From positions 50,716,001 through 50,780,000 of the forward strand of contig NC_042998.1 in the NCBI RefSeq assembly GCF_006345805.1: a stretch of 64,000 nt of DNA, given 5' to 3'. The notes beneath the pieces were generated by a model. It was not told the DNA's origin. It ran no database searches and was given only the letters and a program-made list of their open reading frames with translations. Origin of the DNA: Octopus sinensis. Lineage: Eukaryota. This document shows, one piece after another, positions 1-12,230 of this stretch (position 1 is the first letter of the stretch; each line of letters opens with the position of its first letter). The translations under genes and the position numbers were made by a program.

Positions 1-775
1 TGTCTTTCTCATTCAGTTCCAGTTTCTTTATTTAAGTTAGAATAGGGGTAAGTTTTTGAGTGTATGCTATAATCTATAGCATAACTGTTGTAGCTGTTTA
101 ACCCAAGGTTAATCATACTTGATAGACCTATGGTCAGAAACATTCCAGTTTTGATCGCATTTTGTCCCTCCTGTTCTTATTTATTTATTTTAAATGATAG
201 GGTGTCATTTTGTTGGAAATTTGGCCGTGATAGAAGCTTTCCTTGTTGGCTCGGAATCTGTAATGCATATGTGAGTGCTGGGGTATTTGGTAAAAATAAT
301 GGCTAGATTGTGAAGAAAGATAAGAAGTGATGTTTAGTGAGTCATAAGGAAAAATGTTGGCTGGAATGAGAAGGAAAACAGGTGATTGTATGAGTAATAA
401 AATCTATGGCAGTGCATTTGGTAGATTTATGGGTTTAGATGTTAGAAATAAATATGATAGTAGAAGCTGTAGTGAAAGAGAGTGGTGGTAGAATTTGTAG
501 TAATGACACACAGAAATTCGTGGAAGAAAACTTGTGAACTAGATACAGTAACTGATTTCCAACTCATAGGTCTTGTGTTCAAATCCACTACAAGCATTTT
601 ATTTCATTTTTTTTTTATTCCATTTGATATTTGAGCAGTTTACTTAGAAGTAGATACATGTTCAATTCATCTAACTTTCTGGAACAGATAACAAATTAGC
701 TGGATTTGAATGGCTTTGCCATGAAACCAGAGTGAAACTGTAGCCCCTACAAGCTCCCCTTTGACTTACACTGGA

Positions 776-1180
776 TCTTTTATCTTTTACTTGTTTCAGC
801 CATAATACTGCAGCCATGCTGGGGCACCACTTTGAAGAATTTGTAGTCAAATGAACCAATCCCAATGCTTGTTTTTTTTTTAAAGCCTGGTACTTTTGTC
901 TGTTAGTCTTTTTTACCAAACTACTAAATTACAGGGGCATAAGTACCAATTTTCAAGCAGTGGTGGGGGGCAAAGACTCACATATACATATACATGCATG
1001 CATGCATATATACATACATATTTATGACAGGCTTCTTACAGTTTCCATCTACCAAATCCTCTCACAAAGCTTTAGTCAGCCCCAGACTATAGCAGACACT
1101 TATCCAAGCTGCCATGCAGTGGAACTGAACTTGGAACCCTGTGGTTATGAAGCAAGCTTCTTACCAAACAGCTACACCTG
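776..1180 (-). mobile_element. tRNA-derived SINE, family S2 (degraded copy)
   Basis: Matches the better S2 copies in this window: head with GGTTCAGTTCCACTGC..CTTGGATAAGTGTC, internal (CA/TA)n tract, tail GGTGCCCCAGCATGGCTGCAGT..GAAACAAGTAAAAGA. Confidence 0.75.
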
Positions 1181-2269
1181 TTTTTATATTTTTATCACAG
1201 AAGAATATATATGGTTGAGTGTATAGTTGCATTTTTGGGGGTAATACTGAATAATGAAGAAATAAGTTCAAAAGAAACATCATTGGTGTTTGTATTCAGT
1301 AAATGGCATTTTTCTTAACCACACATTCTTGTTTTCTTTGGTTCAGTCAAAGAAGGAGCAGCACCTTTCATCTTTAAAGGGCCTCCATGATTGGTGTAGA
1401 TTAAGTCAGGAGGAAACTAAGGAGCCAAGAACTGCTGTGGTCCATCTGAGGAACTTCTGCACGGTTTTCAACCTTCTATTTTCACTCACAATGCTTGGGT
1501 TGGCTCAAGGCTTTGGTTGAAGACACTTGCTCAATGTGTTGCACAGTTGGCTCAAACCTAGAATCATTTAGTTGTGAAACAAACTTCTTCACCACTCAGC
1601 CATGCTTACAACTATTTGCCTTCATCATCTCCTGTATGCCTTAACCTTCAAAGATTTTGGGCTAATACCATATGAGCTGCCACTCTGATGCTGACTCATC
1701 TTCAGCACAGTAGACTATAGCATGCACTGTAAATGAATTGCCTTGTCTAAGAACACATTGTGCCACCCATTGCAGGAATCAGGTTCACAATCTTAGTTGT
1801 GAATTCAACAATTGAATCTTAGTTGTGAATTCAACCAATTGACCAAGAACTTTCATATGCAATTTGCTTTAGTTTGGTCCAGTGGTTCTCAACCATTTTT
1901 TACCTATGGATCCCTTTGATTCCTTTTTGAACTCTACTGGACTGCCAAAGCCATTCAATGTTAAATATTATTAGGAATTGTATAAAAAATTAACACACCT
2001 CACTGGAAATTTTGTTTCGCTTTCTGAAGGCAACAGGCTGGTGTTAAACAAGATTTGACTGTTATTTCTAGCAATGTCAATGACTGAATAGAGGATTCTC
2101 CTGTGTTAAGAATTTGATTGATAGGTACATAGAGATATTGGCTGTTGTTTAGTCCCATGTTGGGCATGGATAAAGTATGATCAGGAATGTACCAACCACA
2201 ACCTTCCTGCCTTTTGTCTCATGTATAGAGTGACTAAGACTGCATTTTCTAATCTTTTTATTTTTTACC

Positions 2270-2842
2270 TTTTATTTGCTTCAGTCATTAGAATTGCCAT
2301 AATGGGGCACTGCCTTGAAGAATTGTTACTCAAATGAATTGACCCTAGTAGACAGCAACACTAGTTGTCAAGCAGTGGAGGTGGAGATAAACACAGACAC
2401 ACACACATATACAGATATGATATCATCTTCGTCATTTAACGTCCGCCTTCCATGCTGGCATGGGTGGGACAGTTTGACAGGAGCTAGCCAAACAGAAGAC
2501 TGCACCGGACTTCTATGTCTATTTTAACATGGTTTTTACAGCTGGATGCCCTTCCTAACACCAACCACCCCACAGAGTGAACTAAGTGCTTTTTTAGGTG
2601 GCATGAGAACAGGCACAGTCAGTTTTGGCATGGTTTTTTTACAGCTGGATGCCTTTCCGAGCACCAACCACTTTAAATGTATACACACACACCATGAGCT
2701 TTTTTCTGTTTCCATCAACCAAACCTACTCGGTTGGCCTGACGCTATAGCGGAAAACAATTCCCCAAAGTGCCATACAGTGGGACTGAACCTGGGACCAT
2801 ATGGTTGGGAAGCAAGCTTCTTATTACACAGTCACACCTGTG
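2270..2842 (-). mobile_element. S2 SINE with an RTE 3' tail (about 2420-2680) inserted in its internal microsatellite
   Basis: S2 tail at 2270-2420 and S2 head at 2690-2842 are separated by CATC..TTTAACGTCCGCCTTCCATGCTGGCATGGG..CAGCTGGATGCCCTTCC, the reverse complement of the RTE 3' UTR end. Confidence 0.7.
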
Positions 2843-3279
2843 TACTTTGTTTTTAGGTTGCTAATTCAAGCAGATCAGATGTCATGTTAAAGTCACCCGC
2901 TTCTCATTTCATTGTCTGATGGTCAACTCAAGTTTATTAGTTCTCAGTGATATCAGCCAAAATGAGATAAATTGGGTATAGAATGGTTACGAGCTAATGA
3001 GGGAGTCTCTGTGCCAGATTTGCTAGAAATAGTAGCTGAATCTCAGTAACCTCACACCCTCAAATCATCAGATTAGGTAAGAGAAGACACATCTGATATA
3101 CAAAAAAAAATGTGGTCATGGATGAGAAAGCCTTTGATCATAAATCTCCCATCATGCTTGACCTTATTCAAGCAATAACTATAGAATGGATTAGAACAAA
3201 TCAGAGTTACTGTGTATATTGAGTCCTTTTATGTCTCATTTCTCAGTGGTTTGACTATAGATAGTGATGAAATAAATAT

Positions 3280-3700
3280 TGGCTTCAAATTTTGGCATAA
3301 GGCCAGCAAGTTCAGTGGAGGGGATAAGTCACTTACATCAACCCCATTGCTCAAGTGATACTTATTTTATCAACCCGCAAAATGATGAAAGGCAAAGTTG
3401 ACCACAGCAGGGTTTGCGCTCAGAACATATAGAAGGACAAAATGCCACTAAGCATTTTGCCTAGTGTGCTAACGATTCTGCCAGCTCGCAGTGTTGAGCT
3501 TAAATAAGGTTGGTTTCAAATTTTGGCACAAGGCCAGCAATTCCAGAGAGGGCATAAGTCAATTACATTGATCCCAGTGCTCAGCTGGTACTTATTTTAT
3601 CAACCCCAAAAGAATGAAAAGCAAGGTCAACCACAGTGGAATTTGAACTCTGAACATAGAGAAAGACAAAATGCCACTAAGCATTCTGTTCTGCCAATTT
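3280..3700 (-). mobile_element. Two tandem S1 SINE copies (tail type b)
   Basis: Two adjacent copies of TTTGGCA(T/C)AAGGCCAGCAA..TACTTATTTTATCAACCC..GAAAGGCAAAGTTGACC..CTAAGCATT. Confidence 0.75.
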
Positions 3701-4089
3701 GCCATCTGATGAAATAAATGTTAATGTGGTTAGCTAAAACTCCAGCATGGCCACAGCCCAATGACAGAAACCATTAAAAGAAAAAAAGGATTGCTTAAGC
3801 TTCTACTTTCCTTAATTTCTTATCTTTCTTGTTTATAGTTTCCTTTTTCCCTCCTATATTTTTTATCCCCTTCCTATTTCATTTACCTTGCTTCCTTCTT
3901 CACTAATTCTGTTTTCTCTGCCTTTTCTTTCTCTTTCTCCTTCCCTCTCTCCTTAGCCGCAGTCCCCACACTCAATATCAATCCCTTCATTCTCTCGCGT
4001 CCCTTGCCACTCACCCATTTCAATCATGCTTCTCTTCATAATATCCTGTGTATACCTTTTAATCCAAATGAATCCTACCCCCGCTACTG

Positions 4090-4306
4090 GCTCCTATGCT
4101 GGTGGCACATAAAAACCACCATCTGAACATGGTTGATGCCAGTGCTGCCTGACTGGCTCCTGTGCCGGTGGCATGAAAAAAGCACCCACTACACTCTTGG
4201 AGTGGTGGGCGTTAGAAAGGGGATCCAGCTGTAGAAGCCTTGCCAGTCCCCAGTGAAACCATCCAACCCATGCCAGCATGGAAAACGGACATTAAATGAT
4301 AAAGTA
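4090..4306 (+). mobile_element. 5'-truncated RTE 3' tail
   Basis: GTGCCGGTGGCA..AAAAAGCACC units, ATCCAGCTGTAGAA, CCATGCCAGCATGGAAAACGGACATTAAATGAT; same as the 3' UTR end of the 5992-9815 element. Confidence 0.75.
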
Positions 4307-5991
4307 ATCCTGCCAATAAAGCAACGCATCGGACACCGATAGGTAGATTTAGCTTCAGGAATTGAGGATAATCTATTCTTTGCATAAAAATCTAATGTAA
4401 TAATATTACTCACGTAAACTCACATTAAACCAAGAGACTTGAGTTAATAATAGCCAATTTTACATTGGCACACACGACCACTAATTTCTGTTGAAGGGGC
4501 TAAGTTGATTGATCTAACACTGAATATCCATATACTTATGTTACAGGTATTATTTTTACTGTTTTCATCATCATCATTGTTTAACATCCATTTTCCATGC
4601 TGCTATGGGTTGGATGGTTTGACAGGAGCTGATCAGCCGGAGATATGTCCAGGCTCTAATTGGCTGTTTTGACATAGTTTCTATGGCTGGATGCCCTTCC
4701 TAAAACCAACCACTTTACATCAGTCTCCTTTTTCCCTCTTATTTTTTTATCCCCTTCCTGTTTCCTCGCTTCCTTCATTACTAATTCTCTTTCCTCTGCC
4801 CTTTCTTTCTCTCCCTCCCTCACTCTCCTTAGCCACTGTCCCCACACTCAATATCCATCCTGTCATTTTCTCCCACCTCTTGCCGCTCATCCATTGGCAC
4901 ATGTGCATTTATGCAACACCACAAGTTGTGAAATTATTTCAGTTTTCTGTAAATTTAATCATTGGATCTTGTTAAATTTCTTCCAACCACTTGAAGTTTT
5001 TCAAATCTTCATCAGGTTATTTTCAAAAGAATGCTGTTTTGATGTAGTTTTTGCATTCTGATAGTGAAAATTTCATTCATTTTTCCTAGAAATTAATAAT
5101 AAGCATTTAAAATTACATAATTTTAGTTAGTCAAAAACCTCCATTGCCCATGCTGTTATGTCTATAAGTCTCTTTTGCCAAACTACTTAGAGGGACACAT
5201 ACACATATTATAGGCTTCCTTCAGTTTCCAGCCACTAAATCCACTCAAGGTTTTAGTTGGCTTGGGACTATTGTAGAAGACACTCGCCCAAGGTGCTACA
5301 TAGTGGAACTGAACCCACAACCATGTGGTTGGGGAGCAAACTTCTTACCACACAGCCATACCTGTACCTAGGTGTCTCTAATTATACAAGAACACAAAGC
5401 TTTGGGTATTACAAGGTGTGCTGAGACAGAGGTCGAGTTAGATGGTAGCTACAGAAACATATTCTTCAGCTTGAGACAGTAATTGAATTGGTTGACTCTA
5501 CATCCTTTGTTCTACAGATGAGACAGAACAGTGATTGTTGGCTAAATTAAATATCGCTTGTAGACTGAGATTAATATTAGCAATTTATTGTTGAAACTTC
5601 ATACACTTTCTTCACCTGTCTGTTTCTTTCTCTATCAATCCCTCTCTCCCCCACACACACCCATGCTCTTTCTTCTGTCATAATGTGTCTGTGTATAAAC
5701 TCAGTAACACCCTTCCTTCCCCTCCAAAGAAAGGGAGTGTTTATTTCTGTGTTACTTCTGTTCCTTCAACGTTTTCCCCTTAAACTGCTTCCATATTCTT
5801 GTTTCATTTTCTCTTCTTTCGGTTATCTGTTTATTCTTTATATTTCTACTCACTCTTTCACTACTCTCTCTCTCTCTCTTTCTCAAATTGCATTTGATCT
5901 TCTAACCAATAACTGATGAGGATTTGGCAACATCCTGTGTTTGTTTTCCATTTGTTTGTGCATTTATTATATAAATTTCAACTTTATATAT

Positions 5992-8900
5992 ATCATCATC
6001 ATCATCATCATCGTCGTTTAACGTCCGTTCTCCATGCTAGCATGGGTTGGACGGTTCGACCGGGGTTCTGGGAAGCCAGAAGGCTGCACCAGGCTCCAGT
6101 CTAATCTGGCAATGTTTCTACAGCTGGATGCCCTTCCTAATGCCAACCACTCCGTGAGTGTAGTGGGTGCTTTTTACGTTCCACCTGCACAGGTGCCAGG
6201 CGGGGCTGGCAACGGCCACGGTCAGATTGGTGTATTTTATGTGCCACCGGCACGGAAGCCAGTCGAGGCGGTGCTGGCATCGGCCACGAGTCGGATAGTG
6301 CTTTTTACGTACCACCAGACCAGGGATCCTGGCTGGTTCAATTCGATTTCGATTTCGCTTGCCCCAACATGTCTTCACAAGCAAAGGGGGTTGGCATGGG
6401 TGCCTGTCGTACGGTCGCATTGGAGTATTTTAAGTGCCACGGCCACGAGTCGGATAGTGCTTTTTACGTACCACCAGACCAGGGATCCTGGCTGGTTCAA
6501 TTCGATTTCGATTTCGCTTGCCCCAACATGTCTTCACAAGCAAAGGGGGTTGGCATGGGTGCCTGTCGTACGGTCGCATTGGAGTATTTTACGTGCCACG
6601 GCCACGAGTCAGATAGTGCTTTTTACGTACCACCAGGCCAGGGATCCTGGCTGGTTCAATTCGGTTTCGATTTCGATTTCGCTTGCCCCAACATGTCTTC
6701 GCAAGCATGGGGGGTTGGCATGGGTGTCTGTCGTCGGATGAGGTTCTATATCGACTTCGCTTGCCTCAACCGGTCTTTGTGTCCAAGGGAGGAAAGGCAT
6801 TCATAAGTGGGCTGGGCTCACTTGTCCTGCCTGGTCTTCTCACGTACAGAATATTTCCAAAGGTCTCGGTCTCTGGTCATTTCCTCAGTGAGGCCTAAAG
6901 TTCGAAGGTCGTGCTTCACCACCTCGTCCCAGGTTTTCCTGGGTCTACCTCTTCCACGGGTTCCCTCAACTGCTAGGGATTGGCACTTTCTCACACACCT
7001 ATCTTCATCCATTCTCGCCACATGACCATACCAGCGCAATCATCTCTCTTGCACACCACAACTGATGCTTCTTAGGTACAACATTTCTCTCAAGGTGCTA
7101 ACGCTCTGTCGAGTATGTACACTGACATTACACATCCATCGGAGCATACTGGCTTCATTCCTCACGAGCTTACGCATGTCCTCAGCAGTCACGGCCCATG
7201 TTTCACTGCCATGTAGCATGGCTGTTCGTACACACGCATCATACAGTCTGCCTTTTACTCTGAGCGAGAGGCCTTTAGTCACCAGCAGAGGTAAGAGCTC
7301 CCTAAACTTTGCCCAGGCTATTCTTATTCTAGCAGTTACACTTTCAGCGCACCCACCCCCACTACTGACTTGGTCACCTAGATAACGGAAGCTATCAACT
7401 ACTTCTAGTTTTTCCCCCTGGAAAGTGACGGAAGTTGTTTTCTGCAGATTTTCGGAGGTTAATGCTCCCGAGCATCTGCCACATACAAAAACTATCTTCC
7501 CAGTTAGCCTACCTTTGACATTGCTGCACCTCTTATGTGTCCATAGCTTACACTGGGTACATCTTATAGAGTTTCTACCTACACCTTTTCTACAGATCGA
7601 GCAGGGCCATCTTCCTGAAGATATTTGTGGATTGTCTACCTTTCTACTTATTAGTACTTTGGTTTTAGCTAGGTTGACTCTAAGGCCCCTTGATTCTAAA
7701 CCCTCCTTCCACACCTGGAACTTCTCCTCCAGTTCTGATAGTGACTCAGCAATAAGAGCAAGGTCGTCAGCGTAGAGGAGCTCCCAGGAGCTCCCAGTCT
7801 TGAATTCCTCCGTAATTGCCTGGAGTACTATGATAAATAGGAGGGGGCTGAGTACTGAACCCTGGTGGACCCCAACCTCTACTTTGAATTCTTCTGTGTA
7901 CATGTTGCCAACCCTAACCTTACTTACGGCATCTCTGTACATGGCTTGCACAGTCCTCACCAGCCATTCATCTATCCCTAGTTTCCTCATTGACCACCAG
8001 ATAAGGGATCGGGGGACCCTATCAAAAGCTTTCTCCATGTCAACGAAAGCCAGGTACAGGGGCTTATCTTTGGCTAGGTATTTCTCCTGCAGCTGCCTTA
8101 CCAGGAATATAGCATCAGTGGTACTTTTCCCTGGCACGAACCCAAACTGCATCTCATCTAAACTAACTCTCTCTCTAATTAGTTGGGCTATGACCCTCTC
8201 CGTAACCTTCATTACTTGATCCAACAGCTTGATACCTCTGTAATTATTTGTATCTAGGGCATCACCTTTACCTTTGTAGCAGTTGACTAGTATGCTGCTG
8301 CACCAGTCATTGGGTATGACTCCTTCGTGTATCACCTGGTTGACTATACGGGTGACTAGGTTATAGCTGACACTGCCAGATATTTTGAGCATCTCTGCAG
8401 TAATTCCTGATGGGCCTGGGGCTTTCCCTGTCTTCATGCTTCTAATTGCCTTAGCTACCACGGAACTATCAACTCGGATAGCTGGTCCCTCTGTAGGGTC
8501 AACATTCGGCAGACTCTCTTTATCCCATTCATTTTCCCATTCATTTTCCTCATTCAGTAACCTTTCATAGTGGCGTCTCCAAGCTTCTCTCTTTGCATCC
8601 TCATTTAGCGCAAGTGAACCATCCTCCATGCGAACACATTTCTCTCCTACCACATCACGATTCTCTCTCACACACTGTCTTGCAACACGAAATACCTCAA
8701 GTCTTTCATCCTCACGGCGCAGGACATTGGCAAATTTTCTCTTATCTGCTTCCCCTCTGGCTAGATAGACCTGTCTCCTAGCTTCCCTTCTGGCAGTCTG
8801 ATACCCTTCCCTGCTACCACCGTTCTTCCAGGCCTTCCAAGCCTGTTTCTTTTGTCTAATAGCCCTGTCAACAATATTGTTCCACCACCATGTTATTTTG

Positions 8901-9815
8901 GGTCTTAAGGGGACTTTGCACCAGTCACAGATCTGGTCAGCGGCTTTCAGCAGGTTGTCCCTCAGAAACGTCCAGTTGTCTTCTACCCCATGTGTAGCTA
9001 TACCCCCTTCCACTTCGTCAAAGGCTTCAAGTAACATATCTCTAAATCTCTGTCCATTCGCAGGGGCTTTAAGCTTCCAGACCCTTCTTCTCCATGTTGG
9101 TCGTCTTCTAGTCGCCCTCTTAGTCCTGATCCTAAAGTCACTAACTACCAGTCTATGTTGTGGGGTGCATTCTTCGCCTGGGAAGGTTTTGGCATTTATA
9201 AGCAGCCATCTTTCCCTTTTTCTGGCAAGGATGTAGTCGATTTGGCTAGTATGCCGGCCCGATCGGTAGGTGACCAGGTGGCTTGTTGGTTTCCTGAAGT
9301 TAGTGTTGCAGACCATAAGACTATTCGCATCGCAGAACTCCAGCAGCCTGGTTCCCTCCTCGTTGCGGGAACCATAACCGTAGCCTCCATGTACGCCATG
9401 GAAGCCCCCAGCATGTCGTCCAACATGCCCATTGAAATCACCAGCCACAAAGAGAAGGTCCCTGTCGTTCGTTGATGAGGTGGTCTGCAGTAGGGTGTCA
9501 CAGAAACTGTCTTTCTGTCCATCGGGTAGCCCTGGCTGAGGGGCATAGGCCGATATAATGGTTGCTAATCTATTATGAAGCACTATTCTAATCTTAAGTA
9601 TTCTGTCAGTTACTCTATCTATCCATTTCTCAGCGATAAGTATACCCACGCCACCAACCCCGTCAGTGTTCCCTGCCCAGAAAATCTTGTACCTGTGTTC
9701 CTTGCCTGTGAGGACCCTAGCAGATCCTCCTCTCCACCTTATTTCTTGCATACAACATACATCAACACGTCTCCGTTCAAGCATCTCGACTATCTCGCCA
9801 GACCTACCTTTCAAT
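5992..9815 (-). mobile_element. RTE-clade LINE (family A), nearly full length
   Basis: Single ORF with an APE endonuclease (MQEIRW, GVGILI, ISAYAPQ, GDFNGH, IDYILAR, QHRLVV) and an RT (QFGFVPG, FVDMEKAFD, GVHQGSVLSPLLF, LYADD, FRYLG, LHGSETW, RWYGHV, GRPRKTW). Followed by an ~820-nt 3' UTR and a (GAT)n tail at 5992-6015. Confidence 0.95.
6281..6733. repeat. 159-bp tandem repeat, about 2.8 near-identical copies, inside the RTE 3' UTR
   Basis: The unit beginning CGGCCACGAGTC(G/A)GATAGTGC recurs at 6281, 6440 and 6599. Confidence 0.92.
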
Positions 9816-9826
9816 GGTCGAGACAA
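6818..9826 (-). pseudogene. RTE endonuclease/reverse transcriptase ORF, one in-frame nonsense codon
   Basis: The 928-aa ORF (7040-9826) and the 73-aa ORF (6818-7039) share one frame, separated only by TGA at 7040-7042 in GVQER*LRWYGH (probably CGA to TGA). The first APE motif is missing at the 5' junction. Confidence 0.9.
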
Positions 9827-10262
9827 TGGAATTTACCATGCTACGCCAGACTTCACGGTCCATCATGGCATTACGGAGGTCCTGTTGCTGGATGCCTGTA
9901 TCCCTGGAGATTACATCAGGGTAGGAGAGTGTGCGCCCTCTGGTATTGCGAGTAGATGGCTTCCAGAGGAGAAGAGTAGAAATTACTTCTTTTTCAGCTC
10001 TACAACAATGTCCAGCAAACTGGACTCTCCTACCTTTCACAAGAGATGACACAGGTGGTAGTTTCCCATATATTTGCATTTTGGTTGGATGGCGCTTCCA
10101 CGAGAGATTTTGAGCTCTCATAAGGAGGCGAGTGTAGGTTCCATCCAACCGCCTCTCAAGCTTCTTTGATAACGTCCAGGTTTCTGAGCCATATAGTAGA
10201 ATTGGTTCGACTGTGGCTTTGAATATTTCAAGTTTGAAGTCTCTACTTGTCCAGACTCCAAC
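9804..10262 (-). mobile_element. 3' coding fragment of a second RTE family (family B)
   Basis: FKATVEPILLYGSETWTL..RLDGTYTRLL..RRVQFAGHC..DREVWR is an RTE-type C-terminus clearly different from family A. There is no 3' tail before it joins family A. Confidence 0.85.
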
Positions 10263-10270
10263 TGTCTGTT

Positions 10271-10560
10271 GTAGCATGGTTTCTATGGCTGGATGCCCCT
10301 TCCTAGCTCCAACCACTTAAGAGTGTGCTGGGTGCGTTTATGCAGTACCGGCACAAGTGCCTTTTAAGTAACACCATCACCTGAAAGGACAAGCCTGTAT
10401 GTGTGGAAGACAGCGATTTTAATTAGCTTGACGTTTCTTATCAAGTACAGCGATTTCACCACATCTCCCAGTCCCTTGTCATTTCCTCAGTGTTGCCCAC
10501 AGTCCAAAGTTCCTTTCTCGCCACTTGTCCCACATCTTTGAATGGTGACAAGGGATCTTC
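10271..10560 (-). mobile_element. Diverged RTE-A-like 3' fragment
   Basis: GTCATTTCCTCAGTG..CCACTTGTCCCAC aligns with 6875-6935, and GGCTGGATGCCC..CCAACCAC matches the 3' UTR. Confidence 0.6.
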
Positions 10561-10721
10561 AGATGCTGGGATCAGTTACAGTTGTTTCTGTACCATCTGT
10601 CTATCTTTCTCTTTATATATATCTCGCTATATTAATAATTGGGTTTTCTACCAGCAGTATCTTGGATAGATATTATCCCTGAGTTGGTTGGATTCACAAC
10701 CTCTAACTCTCTTGGAATATA

Positions 10722-10938
10722 TATCATCATCATCATCATTGTTTAATGTCCATTTTCCATACTAGCATGGGTTGTATGGTTCGACCGGGGTCTGGGAAGC
10801 CAGGAGGCTGCACCAGGCTCCAGTCTGATCTGGCAGTGTTTCTACAGCTGGATGCCTTTCCTAACGCCAACCACTCCATGAGTGTAGTGGATGCTTTTTA
10901 CGTGCCACTGGCACAGAGGCCAGAGGAGGCTGGCAACG

Positions 10939-10941
<3 letters not shown>
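10722..10941 (-). mobile_element. RTE 3' tail inserted in (TA)n
   Basis: Close match to 5994-6210; (CAT)n on the left, (TA)n on both flanks. Confidence 0.85.
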
Positions 10942-10975
<34 letters not shown>

Positions 10976-11168
10976 TTTTGTTTTTATTTTGTGACTTGGT
11001 TTCAGATGGCATAAAGTTTTGTGGGCATATGGGACTCATTCATCTCAGCAACAATCAGGAGAGTGAACGATATATATATGAAAACATACACACACATATA
11101 TATTCCGCCAAAATTTAACTCCTCTTCATTTCCCAGTGTGTCATTACCTCATTTCAGTATCTTTTAGG

Positions 11169-11169
<1 letters not shown>

Positions 11170-11222
<53 letters not shown>
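11170..11222. repeat. (CT)n microsatellite
   Basis: Direct inspection. Confidence 0.95.
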
Positions 11223-11225
<3 letters not shown>

Positions 11226-11788
11226 ATGGATACAGTTTGCTTCTGTAAGAAGACCCTGTTTGGTCATGAATGACCATGGGATTGTAACATGAAATAAAGG
11301 ATCTTGCTCAACAACGCAACTCACAACCTGATCTGAGAATTGAACTCTCTACCTCATGATTATGAGCCGGATGCTCTAACCACTGAACCATGTGCCTTCA
11401 CTCACTGTACCTCTGTTATTTTGTTGTATTATCTCTTAAAGTTCCCTCCTCTGTTGTAAAGTTTTATCATTACTTTCCATCTCTCCTCTCTTACTTGCAC
11501 AGTCTCTCTTCCTCTCCCACTCTTGTTTTTTTTTTTTTTTTCTTATCCCTTCCTATATTTTACTGATTGTCTTAAAAGCTGCTGACTGTTAGACAGTACC
11601 TGCTAATCTCCCACCTGTCTATTTATTAATCTATCTACACTACCACTCTTTATGATACTTTCTTTCTGTTTTTTTTTTTATCTCATTCACCATAGCTGTT
11701 GCTTTCTTCCAGTGTGACAGAAAGAGAAAAACTAAGTTCCACTCACCCTCAAAAGCAAGAAAAAACAAAAAATCCACATTCGAATTAG

Positions 11789-11823
<35 letters not shown>

Positions 11824-12230
11824 CCTCAAGGATTTCACCTGTTGTTGATTGCATGAGTTTTCATGGCCTGAAGTTTACATCATTTGAGGGAACTGCGCTA
11901 ATGTTTCATAGATAAGATTAGTAATATCCATCTAATGAGATTGTGTTGTGTTCAGCACTGCAACTCTGTGGAACACACATTTCTTACACTTTGGTAGACC
12001 ATTGTACTGTGAGAATTAGGTGCTTTGGTGGTGGTTGTTATTGTCAAATATCCTCTAGTTATCCCTTAATAAACAGATGATCAATTTGATACCTCTGTGA
12101 TTGCTTTTTAGTGGAGTGTTTCTTTTGCCCCTGTAGGGGTAGTGGTGGTGGTGGTAGTAGTAGTAGTAGAAGTCAACCTTTTAACTGTAAAATTAAATTC
12201 CATGGTTAATTCAGTAATGATGTTGCAGGT

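Noticed and set aside
1330-1400. Acceptor-like TTGGTTCAG followed by KEGAAPFIFKGPP*, reminiscent of a THAP-domain end or a pygo upstream exon
   Set aside because: Very short, ends in a stop, has no THAP cysteines upstream and no Pygo NLS (KKRRK).
5908-5945. CTGATGA-GGAT..ATCC hammerhead-like start; similar partial motifs near 20830-20865 (minus) and 36330-36350 (minus)
   Set aside because: GAAA and stems I/III are missing; cannot be distinguished from chance or heavy decay.
6281-6733. Regular repeat array as a CRISPR-like locus
   Set aside because: Whole units are near-identical with no unique spacers, in a eukaryotic LINE context.
6034-6806. 235-aa and 145-aa ORFs with internal repeats
   Set aside because: Antisense read-through of the RTE 3' UTR; the peptide repeat comes from the 159-bp (53-codon) DNA repeat.
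7065-10113. Many plus-strand ORFs of 60-139 aa
   Set aside because: Antisense shadows of the RTE coding sequences.
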